Shown one piece after another: positions 38,311 through 50,905 of a stretch of DNA of 64,000 bases. The notes beneath the pieces are model-generated. The model worked only from the letters and a program-made list of their open reading frames with translations. It was not told the origin of the DNA and did no database searches. How positions within the stretch are numbered: position 1 is the stretch's first letter; every line of letters begins with the position of its first letter. The position numbers were made by a program, and so were the translations under genes. The DNA comes from Octopus sinensis (taxonomy: Eukaryota): assembly GCF_006345805.1 (NCBI RefSeq), contig NC_042999.1:25978001-26042000 (forward strand), written 5' to 3'.

Positions 38311-38439
38311 CTGATATTATGAATAGGCCGGGGGAGACTTCAAATAAAATTGATATTTTAATCACTTGTATCATAGTGTAATATATTATAAAATAAAAAT
38401 GCGATGTTAAATATTTACGCCCGCGTTCAACCGCGCCGA

Positions 38440-38625
38440 AATGTTATTTAACCAAACATTTTTCGAAATCAGTTTATACTTAAGACCTCTCCAGACACAT
38501 AAGCAATCTGCGTTGAAGTTAAAGAGTAATCGGTTGGGCCGTTTTGGAGCAAAACGAGGACATACGGATACACACACACAGACAGACAGACATTTTCAGT
38601 TTTAATAAAATATAAAATCCCATAC
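38440..38625 (+). mobile_element. Possible non-autonomous Helitron/Helentron-type (DINE-1/HINE-like) fragment
   Basis: aatcggttgggccgttttggag...(ca)n(caga)n cattttcagttttaataaaatata architecture resembles such elements; recognised from memory only. Confidence 0.4.
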
Positions 38626-39223
38626 GCAAGTCGCTCAAAAATTTGTAGACAACTTTTATATATATATATATATCATTAGTATTGCCAATTAATAAAAAAT
38701 CTTTATATCCACAGAGATATTCTACTGACATTGAGTACGTAGGAAACCCAGGTGTAAGTAAAATATCATCCTTCTTATATTTGCCCGATCTATATAGTCC
38801 AAGATTGGCGATGTAAAAGTGATGTAATTAGAAATCAGTACATCATGTCATTTCCAAGTTTTGGTTTTATTCCTTCCATTTAACTATTATTACATGAAAG
38901 AAATGGGAAATAATCCAAAATAATGCACTATCCTACGAATAAATACCACTTGAAGAAAGGCAATTGTTATGATTAGTTGATGCGTATATAAAAAAAAATA
39001 AAGCAACGACAATAAATTATTGCTTTGTTACTCATACATAACTCAACTTTCAATAAGCAGACATAAATGTATTCCAGTTCTTTCTACCAAATAAGACATT
39101 CCTATAGATATGCCTTCTTCCTGCAATTTATTATTATTTTAAGAGAGTTGAATCTAATCTGAGTGCTATTTCATCGTTACTTTTATTTGGGATTCATTTC
39201 CAGCGGTTATAATAATAATGATG

Positions 39224-39275
<52 letters not shown>

Positions 39276-39276
<1 letters not shown>

Positions 39277-39570
39277 TAGAGGTAACTAGAATGTGGAATC
39301 TGAAAACAGAAACAATTCCTATCATAGTAGGTGCATTAGGCATGATAAAAAAATATTCAGACAAATACATAACAAAAACACCAGGACTTACAAACACATA
39401 TAACATACAGAAAATTGCACTACTAGGCACTGCACACATCCTACGCAGAACACTTTCCATACAATAACCATCAGAGCATCACAACAAATCACAGCACCTA
39501 CCCAAGGCACACAGAGCTGCGCTCGGTAGTGAAGTGAAAGCACGCTATAAAAATAAAAATAAAACTACTG
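39276..39570 (+). mobile_element. 5'-truncated 3' end of an R4/Dong-like retrotransposon inserted in (AAT)n
   Basis: LEVTRMWNLKTETIPIIVGALGMIKKYSDKYITKTPGLTNTYNIQKIALLGTAHILRRTLSIQ* plus 3'UTR ...gtgaagtgaaagcacgctataaaaataaaa..actactg; (AAT)n on both sides. Confidence 0.9.
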
Positions 39571-40094
39571 AATAATAATAATAATATATTTCTAGGCATT
39601 AGACCATTTTTGCGCGCGTGTGTGAGTGTGTGTGTTTTTGTGATTTTTCTTGAATATGTGTGCGCATATGTATTTAAAAAAAAATTCCATCAACACATTA
39701 CCGTTGTTCCATCAGGACAAACTTCCGATCTGGTTATTTCCATCTGATGTAAGTTTTCTATACAGACATGTACACCTATTCTCATACCGAATCGGAGCCA
39801 TCATGACACAATAGGCGTCATATTTGACATATTGAGTTACATCTAGTATCTATTTGACAAAGTTCCACAAGTGTCCGTCAACTTAATGTCAATCACTATA
39901 ATTAAGTCACGGATAGTCGCAGGTGTATTTGTGTGGTAAGAAGTTAGCCTCCCAATAACATGGTTCCGGGTTCAGTCCTCTGCCTAGTAACTTGGGCAAG
40001 TGTCTCTACTATATCCTCGGGTCCGTCAAAGCCTTGTGAGCGGATTTGGTAGAGGGAAACTGAAAGAAATCCGTCGTGTATATATATATATATA

Positions 40095-40290
40095 ATGTGA
40101 CCGCGTGTGTACCGTTGGCGATTTTTTTTTCTCTTCTTCCGTTCTCTGGATCTTTCCTTCTCCTATGTTTCCGACGAAGAGCTCCGCTCGAAACGTTAAG
40201 CCCTCCTTCTTTCCTTCTTTCCTGAGCGTCCAATAATACTATATTTGTTCCACGTCCTCGCGTTGTTGTGTTTTTTGTGCTTTCTTGTTT
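40095..40290 (+). mobile_element. Penelope-like terminal fragment (family P1-related)
   Basis: Same layout as P1 ends: pyrimidine tract, hammerhead-like motif, ttcctgagcg..aatac.., T-rich tail, then (TA)n. Confidence 0.65.
40167..40201 (+). ncRNA. Minimal hammerhead-ribozyme-like motif (U4C variant)
   Basis: guuu-CCGACGA-a-gagc-ucc-gcuc-GAA-acgu-U-aagc: stem I guuu/aagc with one G.U, palindromic ACGU. Confidence 0.5.
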
Positions 40291-40393
40291 GGATTAACTT
40301 TATATATATATACACACACACACACACACCACACACACACACATATATATATATATTATATATATATATATCTATATATATAATATATATACA

Positions 40394-40446
<53 letters not shown>

Positions 40447-40466
40447 ATATAGATAGATACATATAT

Positions 40467-40519
<53 letters not shown>

Positions 40520-41504
40520 TATGCGTATTTGTTTCTGCATTTGTCCCTCCACTATCATCAATTGACCACCGATGTTGGCGTGTTTATGTACCTGTAACTT
40601 AACGGTTCGTCAAAAGAGACCAACAGAATAAGTAATAGGCTGAGAAAGAATAAATTTAGACTGAAAAAATGTATAGAATAAAAGAACAAGGGACATGCCT
40701 TCCTTATTTTAACGATTTTTTTGTTGAAATTACACGTTTAATTTAACTACACCTAACTAAACAAAACCACATTATACAATAGAAATAGCAATATCTCAAC
40801 GTTACTGAAACATCAAGTATTTCAGTTACTTTTGATTGGAAATACCTGGTTTTCATTGAAATCTATGTTGTTATAAACTTCGAATATAACATAATAGTAT
40901 TTTATGTAGCAGAAATATTTCTATTATTTCATTGTATCTTTCTTCTTTACATGCTTTTAACCTTATATTTTAGAACGGTGATTGATAATACGAAAGGTAA
41001 TGTGCTATCTAAAACATTTCATTTTCATTGTATACACATACGAAAATTACAAATATGCAACTAGAAGCGTGGTTCCTTGTGCGAAATATATTATAATCAT
41101 ATTAATCCTTATTTGGGAGGTATAAAGTGTATAGAGCAGAGACATATAATGTCACCTGCTTCTGTTATTGTAAAAAATATTTGTTTTTGATACTGGAAAG
41201 ATTTAAAAGGATATTCATAAGTTTCAAAATATGAATCGCTATTCATACGAATTCTGACAGTAAGGTGAATCAGAATATAACAAGGAATCAAATTACATGC
41301 ATATACACACGTACACACCTTCTTCCTCCTTCAGTCATATATATATACATTTGTGTGTGTGTGTGTGTGTGACACAAACATATTCATACACACAGACACA
41401 CACATATTCAGGAAATATACACAGTACAACTGGAGTAAATTATGTTTCTTATGTATCACGTATACTAGAACTTAATATCTAGAGAGAAAATATAATTCAT
41501 GACA

Positions 41505-41583
<79 letters not shown>

Positions 41584-41600
41584 GCATCAACTAATCATAA

Positions 41601-41766
41601 CAGGAGTGGCTGTGTGGCAAGTAGCTTGTTTACCAACTACATGGTTCCGGGTTCAGTCCCACTGCGTGGCATCTAGGGCAAGTGTCTTCTACTATAGCCT
41701 TGGGACGACCAAACACTTGTGAGTGGATTGGTAGACGGAAACTGAAAGAAGCCTGTCGTATATATG

Positions 41767-41810
<44 letters not shown>

Positions 41811-42078
41811 ATATGTGTGTGTGTGTGTATGTGTGTGTGTGTGTGTGTGTGCGTGTATGTTTGTTTGTTTGTGTTTGTCCCCCTAGCATTGCTTGACAAC
41901 CGATGCTGGTGTATTTATGTCCCCGTTACTTAGCGGTTCAGCAAAAAGAGACCGATAGAATAAGTACTGGGCTTACTAAGTACTAAGTCCCGGAGTCGAG
42001 TTACTCGATTAAAGGCGGTGCTCCAGCATGGACGCAGTCAAAATGACTGAAACAAGTAAAAGAGTAAAAGAGAAAGAG
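41601..42078 (+). mobile_element. SINE family B, full length, internal (TA)n(TG)n
   Basis: caggagtggctgtgtggcaag...ggttcagtcccactgcgtggc...aaatgactgaaacaagtaaaagagtaaaagag. Confidence 0.95.
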
Positions 42079-42092
42079 TAATATATATATAA

Positions 42093-43174
42093 TGTTGGGA
42101 CTGTGGGCAAGAAACGTACTGGCGGTGGGGAATGACCGACTTACATTCGTGAAGGAACGAATGATAGTTCAGGAAGACGTTACACAAAAGTATTTGAGCT
42201 AGCACTCCAAAGGACTCCACCAGCAACCCACGCTAATAGAAGGGTTCAGAAAGAGTACCCCAGACAGACCGAGGAGCGGGGGCGGGGAATTATCTACTAG
42301 CAAGACACTAATTTGGGTAGGAATTATTGAAATACGAGTTTCGACTCAACAAGAAGTTTAAACCAGATGGAGATGCAAAAGCAAGGAGGGACGAGAACCC
42401 ACTCTCCGTTGTAATGGTTAGATCTTGCCGAAGTGTAACCAAGCGTGTCTCACTAGCTACACCTAAGTGCATTGGAGTTCTGCCATGTACCAAGAGAAGT
42501 AGTGGGACTCAGTGTAGAGGAATTCCAAGTCACAAATGCTAAAGCAATCATTATATTGCTTCTGTATGAGGATGAGTAAGTCAGATACACCAACGAGAGA
42601 ATAAAGTGTGGCAGAAAATGGATATCCCAGGAAGACGTGAATGAATCGTCGACATACTGGAAGCAGTTGGAATGTTGGTGTACTCTGGCAAGTACGGCTA
42701 GGACTTGGCAACCACAGCAGCAAGAGGTGTAAAATCATCAATATCAGCAAGAGAGAGCTAATACTACAAAGGATCCGTGATTCAACTTAGGAGGATCGCT
42801 GGATGAAAGAGATGTCCAAAGCCAATGGGTATAGTGGAACTAGTTACTCGAGCGCTTACAGTCCTGGGAGGAATTCCGAAGGACTGACTACGGAAGACTG
42901 TCCTTCCCCACTTTCATGCTGACGCTGACCTTTCGTCAACTTCAAAGAAATTAAACTTTTAGATGAAGAAGCAGTGCGAAGCAACTCGTTGCACCTTCGT
43001 GACTGGATGCCGTAGGACCCTGGGATTAGAGAGATACAACTGGTGGAATCACAAGACTTTTGCTGAAATTAATGTGTGCCCTGAACTGCAAAAAGAGAGT
43101 TTATAAAACCAGTCGTTACCATCAAATAGCATTAAATTCCTAAAGGAAGCACCGAAGAGCCAAAGGTTACAACA
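42093..43174 (+). mobile_element. Probable solo LTR (~1.08 kb)
   Basis: Termini TGTTG...CAACA (5-bp inverted repeat), 4-bp flanks ataa/atag, sharp GC rise relative to flanks, tataaaa at ~43102 and attaaa at 43131; no internal ORF. Confidence 0.55.
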
Positions 43175-43754
43175 ATAGTAAGGACCGTTTTCTATATGAT
43201 ATTCTATATTGCATTCTACATTGCATTCTATATTGAAGACTGTTTTCTATATTGAAGACACAAGTGGACCTGAAATCCAGATTTGTCATCCCAGTGGCAA
43301 TATTGATAACTCCACTCCGACAGGCATGTTCTTTTTTTCTAGGAGTACAAAAAGAACCATCGTGTCATGGGAGGACAAATCCGAAATTTCTCACTAGATG
43401 AAGAAGCTAAAATAACAGGGCTTCGAAGTCGTGACAAAGGACAAGAGATTGCATTCAGTCTCATTCCTCATTGAGGTCGGCTTCCGTAGTTTTCCAGCTG
43501 GATTACGGTGATATTTCGAGTAGAAGATAAATATGGAATTGAAACAACTGAAGAAAGACGGCTATGATTCACAAGAAAATGAAAGTGGAACCCTTACGCA
43601 GGTGGAGGCTAGTTCAGTCCTCAGTGCATAACCCAGAAGAAGCGTTCATACTAAGGGATGAAACGCTTGTGCCCCTGAGATACCATGAATTGATTTCGAC
43701 GTGTTTCCGGCACTGCTATGCATTTCGAGTGCTTGCAAATCTCAGAGTAGTTGA

Positions 43755-43777
43755 GATAGATAAATAGATAGATAGAC

Positions 43778-43832
<55 letters not shown>

Positions 43833-43880
43833 CAGATTGATACATATATACATATATACATACATAATACATACATACAT
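43755..43880. repeat. (GATA)n then (TACA)n microsatellite
   Basis: Direct reading. Confidence 0.95.
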
Positions 43881-45272
43881 ACGACATTCTCCAGTTGGAG
43901 CTGGTTTTAACAAGTGGGAATATAATTGTGATATATGAGTCCGCATCAACTTTATAAAACGATGCAAGGTCCACTCTACCTATAAATGCTGAGTAGATAA
44001 CAGCACTTACTAAAAACAAACTTTTCAATAAATATAGCCTAAAACTTTCCATTTAAAGATAATATATTCATTAAAACATCTTACTATTTGCCTTCCTTTT
44101 TTAGAAAGTATGAAGTTAATTAAAGCGGAGTAAGCAGAATCTAAAGCCATAATGTGAAGATGAATGCATTTTATATTGCCGAGGTGAAAGGGTTTTCGTA
44201 CTGAAGCGCACGTAATCAAATTTCTGCTCAAAAAGCCGTTTCGAAGAGATAATCATTGTGCATCAAAATATCTCTTACCATATAAAAGAATTCAAAAAAT
44301 CTCAGCTACAGCAACTATTGTTTTGTGTGTTGTAAAAATGAATAATAAGAGCTGAGTAAATGTAAATCGAGTAACCATGATTGTACGGATGTCATGACCT
44401 AGGCAATCGCTCGTGAATACATCATATTTAATGTTTAGTTTGACAGTTATGCAAATCATGTAATAAAAATAGCCATAGTCATGAGAATTTTGTTGACGAT
44501 TGCATAAACTGAATGGAGTGTGCTTTTCAATGAATTTGAAAATAATCACACATCGCAACAAAAGACATTGCAGCCTGTGTAATATAAATGGCTTAAACAA
44601 GCGTAATTTTTTTTTCTCAATCAATATTGAATTGCAAAATTGATGAAACGTCGAACAAAATGTTATGTAGTATTAGGTTAAGATCCTTTAAAGTTTTTTT
44701 TTTTAATTTTAAATATACACCTACTCAATTTCAGTATATTATTTTTAGATAAATAACTGCTTTGAAGCAAATCGATATAATCGACAACAAACTCAAAGGC
44801 GGTGCTCCATCATGGCCTCATCTTTTTTCTCCTGCAACCATTAGGATTTAAACAAAGAAAAAAAGGCTTGCATACTATTAAAATCCCCACGTTGACTGGA
44901 TTAAAGACGTGTCCTGTGTGTTTTTCACATAAAAATGCAGTTGTTCTAACATTTTGTTTTCAAGGTTTCTTTGTGATAATGTTCTTTCTTATGAACTGTA
45001 GCTTATGTAAAGTAATGTAAATGAATGACAAGGAAACATTAATTTACATACAGGTGAATTAACAACCATTTTTTATTCGAAGAGATACGGTCAATGTGAG
45101 AATGTGGGAAAGTGTGTGCTCGTGTACATAAGAATTAAGTGATATTAGAAGGGTGACAGAATTTCAATATAAATTAACTGTAAACAACTTTTGATAGAGA
45201 AAACTCATTTTTGTTTAATGTTCTTTTCACCACCAGTCAAGCATTTTGTTTTCAGAAGCCTATTTATATATT

Positions 45273-45478
45273 GGTTTCAAATTTTGGCACAAGTCCAGCA
45301 AAATTGGCGGAAGTAGTGAGTCAATTACATCGATCCTGCTACTGAAATGCTACATAATTTATCGACTGATAAACGATGAAAGGCAAAGTCAATTTCGGTG
45401 AAATTTGAAATCAGAACCAAGACAGACGAAATACTGTGAAGTATTTTACCCGGCGTGCTACCGATTTTGCCACCTCAC
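45273..45478 (-). mobile_element. Older family-A-type SINE with alternative tail (ttgtgccaaaatttgaaacc)
   Basis: Head and core homologous to family A (gatgaaaggcaaagtcaatttcgg..aaatttgaa..cagaac..gacgaaatac) but different 3' tail; same tail also at ~18079-18100. Confidence 0.75.
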
Positions 45479-45507
45479 TACGTTAAATGAAACATATTTA
45501 TATACCG

Positions 45508-45690
45508 ATTTCAAATTTTGGTACATGGCCATCGATTTCGGGGAACGGTAAAACGATTACATCGACCGCAGTGTTGAACTGGTAGTTGTTTTATCGACCC
45601 CTAAATTATGAAAGACGAAATCGACCTCAGCGGGATTTGAACACAGAAGCAAAAGACGGACGAAATGCTGCTGAACTTTTCTCGGCGAAA
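45508..45690 (-). mobile_element. Second older family-A-type SINE, same orientation as 45273-45478
   Basis: ttcaaattttggtacatggcc...cgattacatcgacc.cagtg..gaactggta...atcgacccc...cgacctcagcgggatttgaac. Confidence 0.7.
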
Positions 45691-45989
45691 TTTAATCTTT
45701 TAATTTTGCTTAATAATTAATAATTAATAACTAAAACCGTTGTTTCAAATATTTTTAATTTCATATCCTGCATGTTCAGTTTATAGACTGTACAATATTC
45801 GCGATGAGCTGGATGACTTCTCCAGAACTAACGATCCACGTCGAGTTTCTGGAGTGTTTATCGGTTGATTTAAAGAAAATTTGGCTGCTGTTTCTAGCAA
45901 GTCAAGTAGCATCAGGAATTTTCTAACGTATGTGCGTGTTTATATTTAGATGAAAAAAAGTGGATGCATCATATATTTGAACCTAAGGG

Positions 45990-47080
45990 GAGGATTAATT
46001 CTTATACAAGTCAAGAAGGGAGGGCGAGTAAAAGCTAGAATTGGTGGAAACAAAGAAATGGTGCAGCCAACAGATATTTTACCTCTATTCGGTGAGTAAT
46101 CTCTAAACTTAAATCTAATTTTTAAAAGAAAAATACCCACACGAATCTTTTGACTGCTGAAGATTTCCTTCCCCTTCTCTCCGTTACTGGCAACAGTACA
46201 GAAGGAGGGGGGGGCAAACAAGCCCAGAACTGTACAACATCCACCTCGTAGTAAAACAGCAGTAGCAGTAACAGCAACAGCGGTAGCAGTAACAACAGCA
46301 GCTGCAGCCGCAACAGTGGCGGCAGTTGGACTTGGACCAAAAGATTTTCGCTAACAAAATAGATAATAATAGTGTAGGATGACCACTTTTTAAAACGGTC
46401 ACCTATTCAAATTATAAATTTGTTATCTGTACTGTCGACGTAGAGAATACGTGTAGGTTAGGACCCGAGTATTGGAAGATGAACATGTCGTTTCCGGCAC
46501 GTAAGGCTTACAGGGACCAGGTCAATAATACATCAGAGGTAGGTTATAAACCTGGCTTCGGTAGGGGGGGGCTGATTAATTTAGATCAATCGAAAACATT
46601 CGATAGGGTCGAATATCGGTATCTGGAGGTTGACCTCAAAGCGACAGCTTTCGGCCCTGTCTTCAGGGCTACTTGTGTTTCATCAATCTTTGCAAGCTGC
46701 ATCCGTCACCGTGATGTGGTTGGACACCTCAGAAATCGGGGTAGTCTGCACTTTGTTGGAATAACATGAAAAGCTGGCGGTAGCGAAAATGGCTCGTGTG
46801 AGAGGGCCTACTCTACTAATTCGCCTGTAGGCTAGTGAAACTGACAGGGAGAAAGGTGCCCTTTTCAGATGCCCTCAAAGCGTCGAGTGGTTCAGGATTG
46901 GTGATGTACCTGAGTTAATTCCAAGTGGTTACCCTCTATTGAAAAACTTCCATTGTTGTATTCTTCTGATTTGATATTATTATTGTTTTAATAGTGTACT
47001 CATTGGTTTGTGTGAAATCCCCTCTGTCTACGTATACTGTATTGTATCATGTATGTCGGCCGTGGTGGCCAATGAATGAA
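45990..47080 (+). mobile_element. Internally deleted Tx1/L1-like non-LTR retrotransposon relic
   Basis: RT domain 3 peptide GGLINLDQSKTFDRVEYRYL..LKATAFGPVFR (46568-46670); ORF1-like Ala/Thr-rich stretch upstream and 3'UTR-like attgtatcatgtatgtcggcc at the end; ORF1 and UTR limits are inferred. Confidence 0.6.
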
Positions 47081-47093
47081 ATAATAATAATAA

Positions 47094-47924
47094 TGCAATG
47101 CGAAGAACAAGATAATATGCATCAACACTCTAGCTGTCCCAGTCATAAGTTACAGCTAAAATATCTGTTATTGCACACTGAATGAATAATCGAAGTAGAC
47201 AGAAAAACAAGAAAATTACAGGATTTAGTATGCACCACTCAAACTCTGACATAGAAAGGTTATATATATACAACGTATAGAAGGTGGTAGATGCTTTATA
47301 CAGCTAGGAAACTATTACAAAATAACCACCATTGGATTACAAAAATGCCTACTTCGGAAGCAAGGAAAAGTAATACAAATAGGCACAAAGCATAAACAAA
47401 ACAAAAAACTGCTTTCAGTCATTACCGAAGCTGAGAAATACAAGAAAGAAGTCATAGTACCTGACAACTATGAATGAAAGAAGAAAGAAACAAACAAAGA
47501 AAATAAACAAAATCCTTAAAACAACTGAAATCCAAACTAAAACTGGAACAGCAACGGAAACGGATCATGATAAAACGACGGCAAGAAAAGAGCTTCCATA
47601 GCAAATACTGGTTAAAACTAACTGCAAAAGAAATATACAAAGTAAAATTCCAACGATGGCTGAGAAGCTCAGGACTCACAGCAGAGATAATAATAATGAT
47701 AAACATGCAATGAAAAGAAATACAAGTGCAGAATATGTGGAGATGGACAAGAAACCATAATCCGTGTAGTCTTTGGCTGCCCAATCCTAGCTAAGAGGGA
47801 ATATATTCACAGACATGACAGAGTTGGGACCCATATACACAGGAAGCTACGTCAACAGAAAGATGGTATACGAACACGCCGGAAAGCAACCATAGTATGG
47901 GATATGACAACACACACAGATAAA
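47094..47924 (+). mobile_element. R4/Dong-like internal fragment (thumb region plus CCHC zinc knuckle) bounded by (AAT)n
   Basis: INTLAVPVISYS, SDIERLY..R.EGGRCFIQL, WLRSSGL, KYKCRICGDGQETI..V.FGCPILAKREYIHRHDRVG, KATIVWDM. Confidence 0.9.
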
Positions 47925-47929
47925 GACAA

Positions 47930-48687
<758 letters not shown>

Positions 48688-49226
48688 GTATAGCACCAGG
48701 CAGCAGCTCTCATGGCTTCTTATCTTAACTGATTGGAAGTGTTATCATGTACATTGTTTTGTCTTGGTATAAAAGATGGGCTACAGCAAATATTCTGCTT
48801 AATACCATAGATTTGCTTATCAGTTGTTTGACCATAACCAGTTGAGTATGTCCTTTAGTGGCTGACGATATGTGCATCTCTGATCACGGGCAGAAGTAGT
48901 GGGGGAGCATCATAGCCATGTGTTGAGAGGGATTCTTTGAGATTTGGATATTTCACCTTTAAGAACATGGGTTTTTGCGTTCAGCGTCCTTAAACGAGCA
49001 TTCTTTGGGGACCTTTTGAGCGACATGAGTAATCGACCTGAAGAAAATTCTAACTGGGTTCCACCTGCAAGGTCATGCGCTGTTTATCTTGATTCGAGAT
49101 CACCATGTCGCGCATATATGGTTGTTTTGCTTATGCCTGGTGTACACGCCCTTATCAGACGTGCATACTGAGCTTCGTATATTTTACCCCAGTGTCACTT
49201 TGATGGAATACGTTGCTCTCTCACTG
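48688..49226. mobile_element. Unclassified ~540-bp element, copy 2, tandem to copy 1
   Basis: Roughly 85-90% identical by eye to copy 1, one ~17-bp internal deletion; followed by (GAT)n(AAT)n. Confidence 0.8.
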
Positions 49227-49227
49227 A

Positions 49228-49259
<32 letters not shown>

Positions 49260-49278
49260 AATAATAATGATAATAATT

Positions 49279-49329
<51 letters not shown>

Positions 49330-49331
49330 TA

Positions 49332-49367
<36 letters not shown>

Positions 49368-49386
49368 ATAATTATAATAGTAATAC

Positions 49387-49481
<95 letters not shown>
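49227..49481. repeat. (GAT)n(AAT)n(ATT)n(AAT)n(ATT)n strand-switching microsatellite
   Basis: Direct reading. Confidence 0.95.
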
Positions 49482-49483
<2 letters not shown>

Positions 49484-49572
49484 GGCGGTGAGCTGGCAGA
49501 GCCATTAGTACGCTGGGAGAAATGCTTAATCGTATTTCGTCAGTCGCGACGTTCTGATTTCAAATTCCACCT
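49482..49572 (+). mobile_element. SINE family A 5' (head) fragment
   Basis: aaggcggtgagctggcagagccattagtacgctgggagaaatgc...gttctgatttcaaattcc. Confidence 0.8.
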
Positions 49573-49699
49573 CTCGTCCTTTACTTCACTTCCCCAAAAT
49601 TTCCTCCTTCACACACACATTTCCCTCTTACCTCTCTCTCTCTCTCTCCTCCTCCTCCTCTCCTCCTCTCTCTCTCCCATTCACTTTCTCTTTATCTAT

Positions 49700-49885
49700 T
49701 TATTACATCTGCCTAAGTGAAGGCGGTAGTATTGTTTTCAGTCGTGTCTGTTTGTTTGTCCGTGGACAAGATATCTCAAACACTGCTGAATGTATTCGGA
49801 TGAAACTTTCAGAAATGTTTTGCCCTGTGACTAGCGCGGTTTCGTTAGATTTTGAGATCGGTCAGGTATCGGACAAGGATTATTA
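49700..49885 (+). mobile_element. Possible Helentron-associated (HINE-like) non-autonomous element fragment
   Basis: tattacatctgcctaagtgaaggcggtagtattgttttcagtcgtgtctgtttgtttgtc...gatatctcaaa..ctgaatgtattcggatgaaactttc resembles the ttattacctccgcc..ggaggt.atgttttc type from memory. Confidence 0.45.
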
Positions 49886-50395
49886 TTTATATTTTCTTTA
49901 CTTTACATGTATATGCTAAGTTTCACATAGTTCTCTTGTACATACACACATATATACTCACTCTTCAAACGCCGTTTATCGGCTTTTTCACTCCTTCCTT
50001 CGTTATTCATCTAGCACCCTCTCCTTTCTCATTCACACGACGATCTCTTTGCCATTTCGTTTCGTCTTTCTCATTGCTATTACTTTCTCTCACTACCTCT
50101 CATACATGGTTATTACTCGCATAACTTCTTCACTGTATTTGTACTTCATCTTCTCTCCCTTCACTTATCACTCAATATATATTTGGATTATATATATTTG
50201 GATTATCTTCCTGTTTGAGAGCGATTGCGTTAATTTTTATTATTCGTGTTTGTGAGAGCAGACGATATTATTTCAGATATTCTCACTTTAAAAATCATCT
50301 CCAGTTAATCGTTGAGAGGAAGTTTGTGTTGCGTTGGCGGAGGTTTGCGCTCCCTGAGTGCTCTTGTATCATTATTATCATTATTATTATTATTA

Positions 50396-50455
<60 letters not shown>

Positions 50456-50458
<3 letters not shown>

Positions 50459-50616
50459 TATGTTTGACTTTTGCTTTATATTTGTACAAGTTGGCTCCAA
50501 GTCTCACCCAGAGACCTCAAGAGACAACAGGGTTGGAAGTTCATGTTGTTGTTATGCCTAGTGTGCCATATATTTGGGGGGTGGGGATGTTGTACTAATG
50601 AATGTCTAAAACAAAG
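50456..50616 (-). mobile_element. Short 3'UTR-like remnant, probably of a second R4/Dong-type family, ending in (AAT)n
   Basis: Minus strand ...tctcttgaggtctctgggtgagacttggagcc...aaagcaaaagtcaaacatag|(aat)n; same orientation and tail context as 50903-52686. Confidence 0.4.
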
Positions 50617-50717
50617 TTGTTGTTGTTTTTTTTTTTAAACCGAAAATTATGTTTGTTTTAAACCTTCAGGTTACATAGAGAGTATTTTGCGTAGGATATG
50701 AGCAGTTCCCATTATTA

Positions 50718-50767
<50 letters not shown>

Positions 50768-50822
50768 GTTGTTGTTGTTGTTATTATTATTGTTATTATT
50801 ATTATCATTACCATTACTATTA

Positions 50823-50902
<80 letters not shown>

Positions 50903-50905
<3 letters not shown>

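Larger units (their letters stand above)
39918..40655 (+). mobile_element. SINE family B split by a Penelope-like insertion in its internal (TA)n
   Basis: 5' half 39918-40080 (ggttccgggttcagtcc...gccttgtgagcggatttggtagagggaaactgaaagaa); 3' half 40525-40655 (ttgaccaccgatgttggcgtgtttatg...caaaagagacc). Confidence 0.85.

Noticed and set aside
43630-43675. cagaagaagcgttcat...atgaaacgctt as a hammerhead
   Set aside because: Forms a simple hairpin, but core and stem II geometry do not fit and the triplet would be GUG
46122-46402. Leu/Cys-rich ORFs over a CAG/CAA-like tract
   Set aside because: Antisense readings of a low-complexity stretch most simply assigned to the Tx1-like relic
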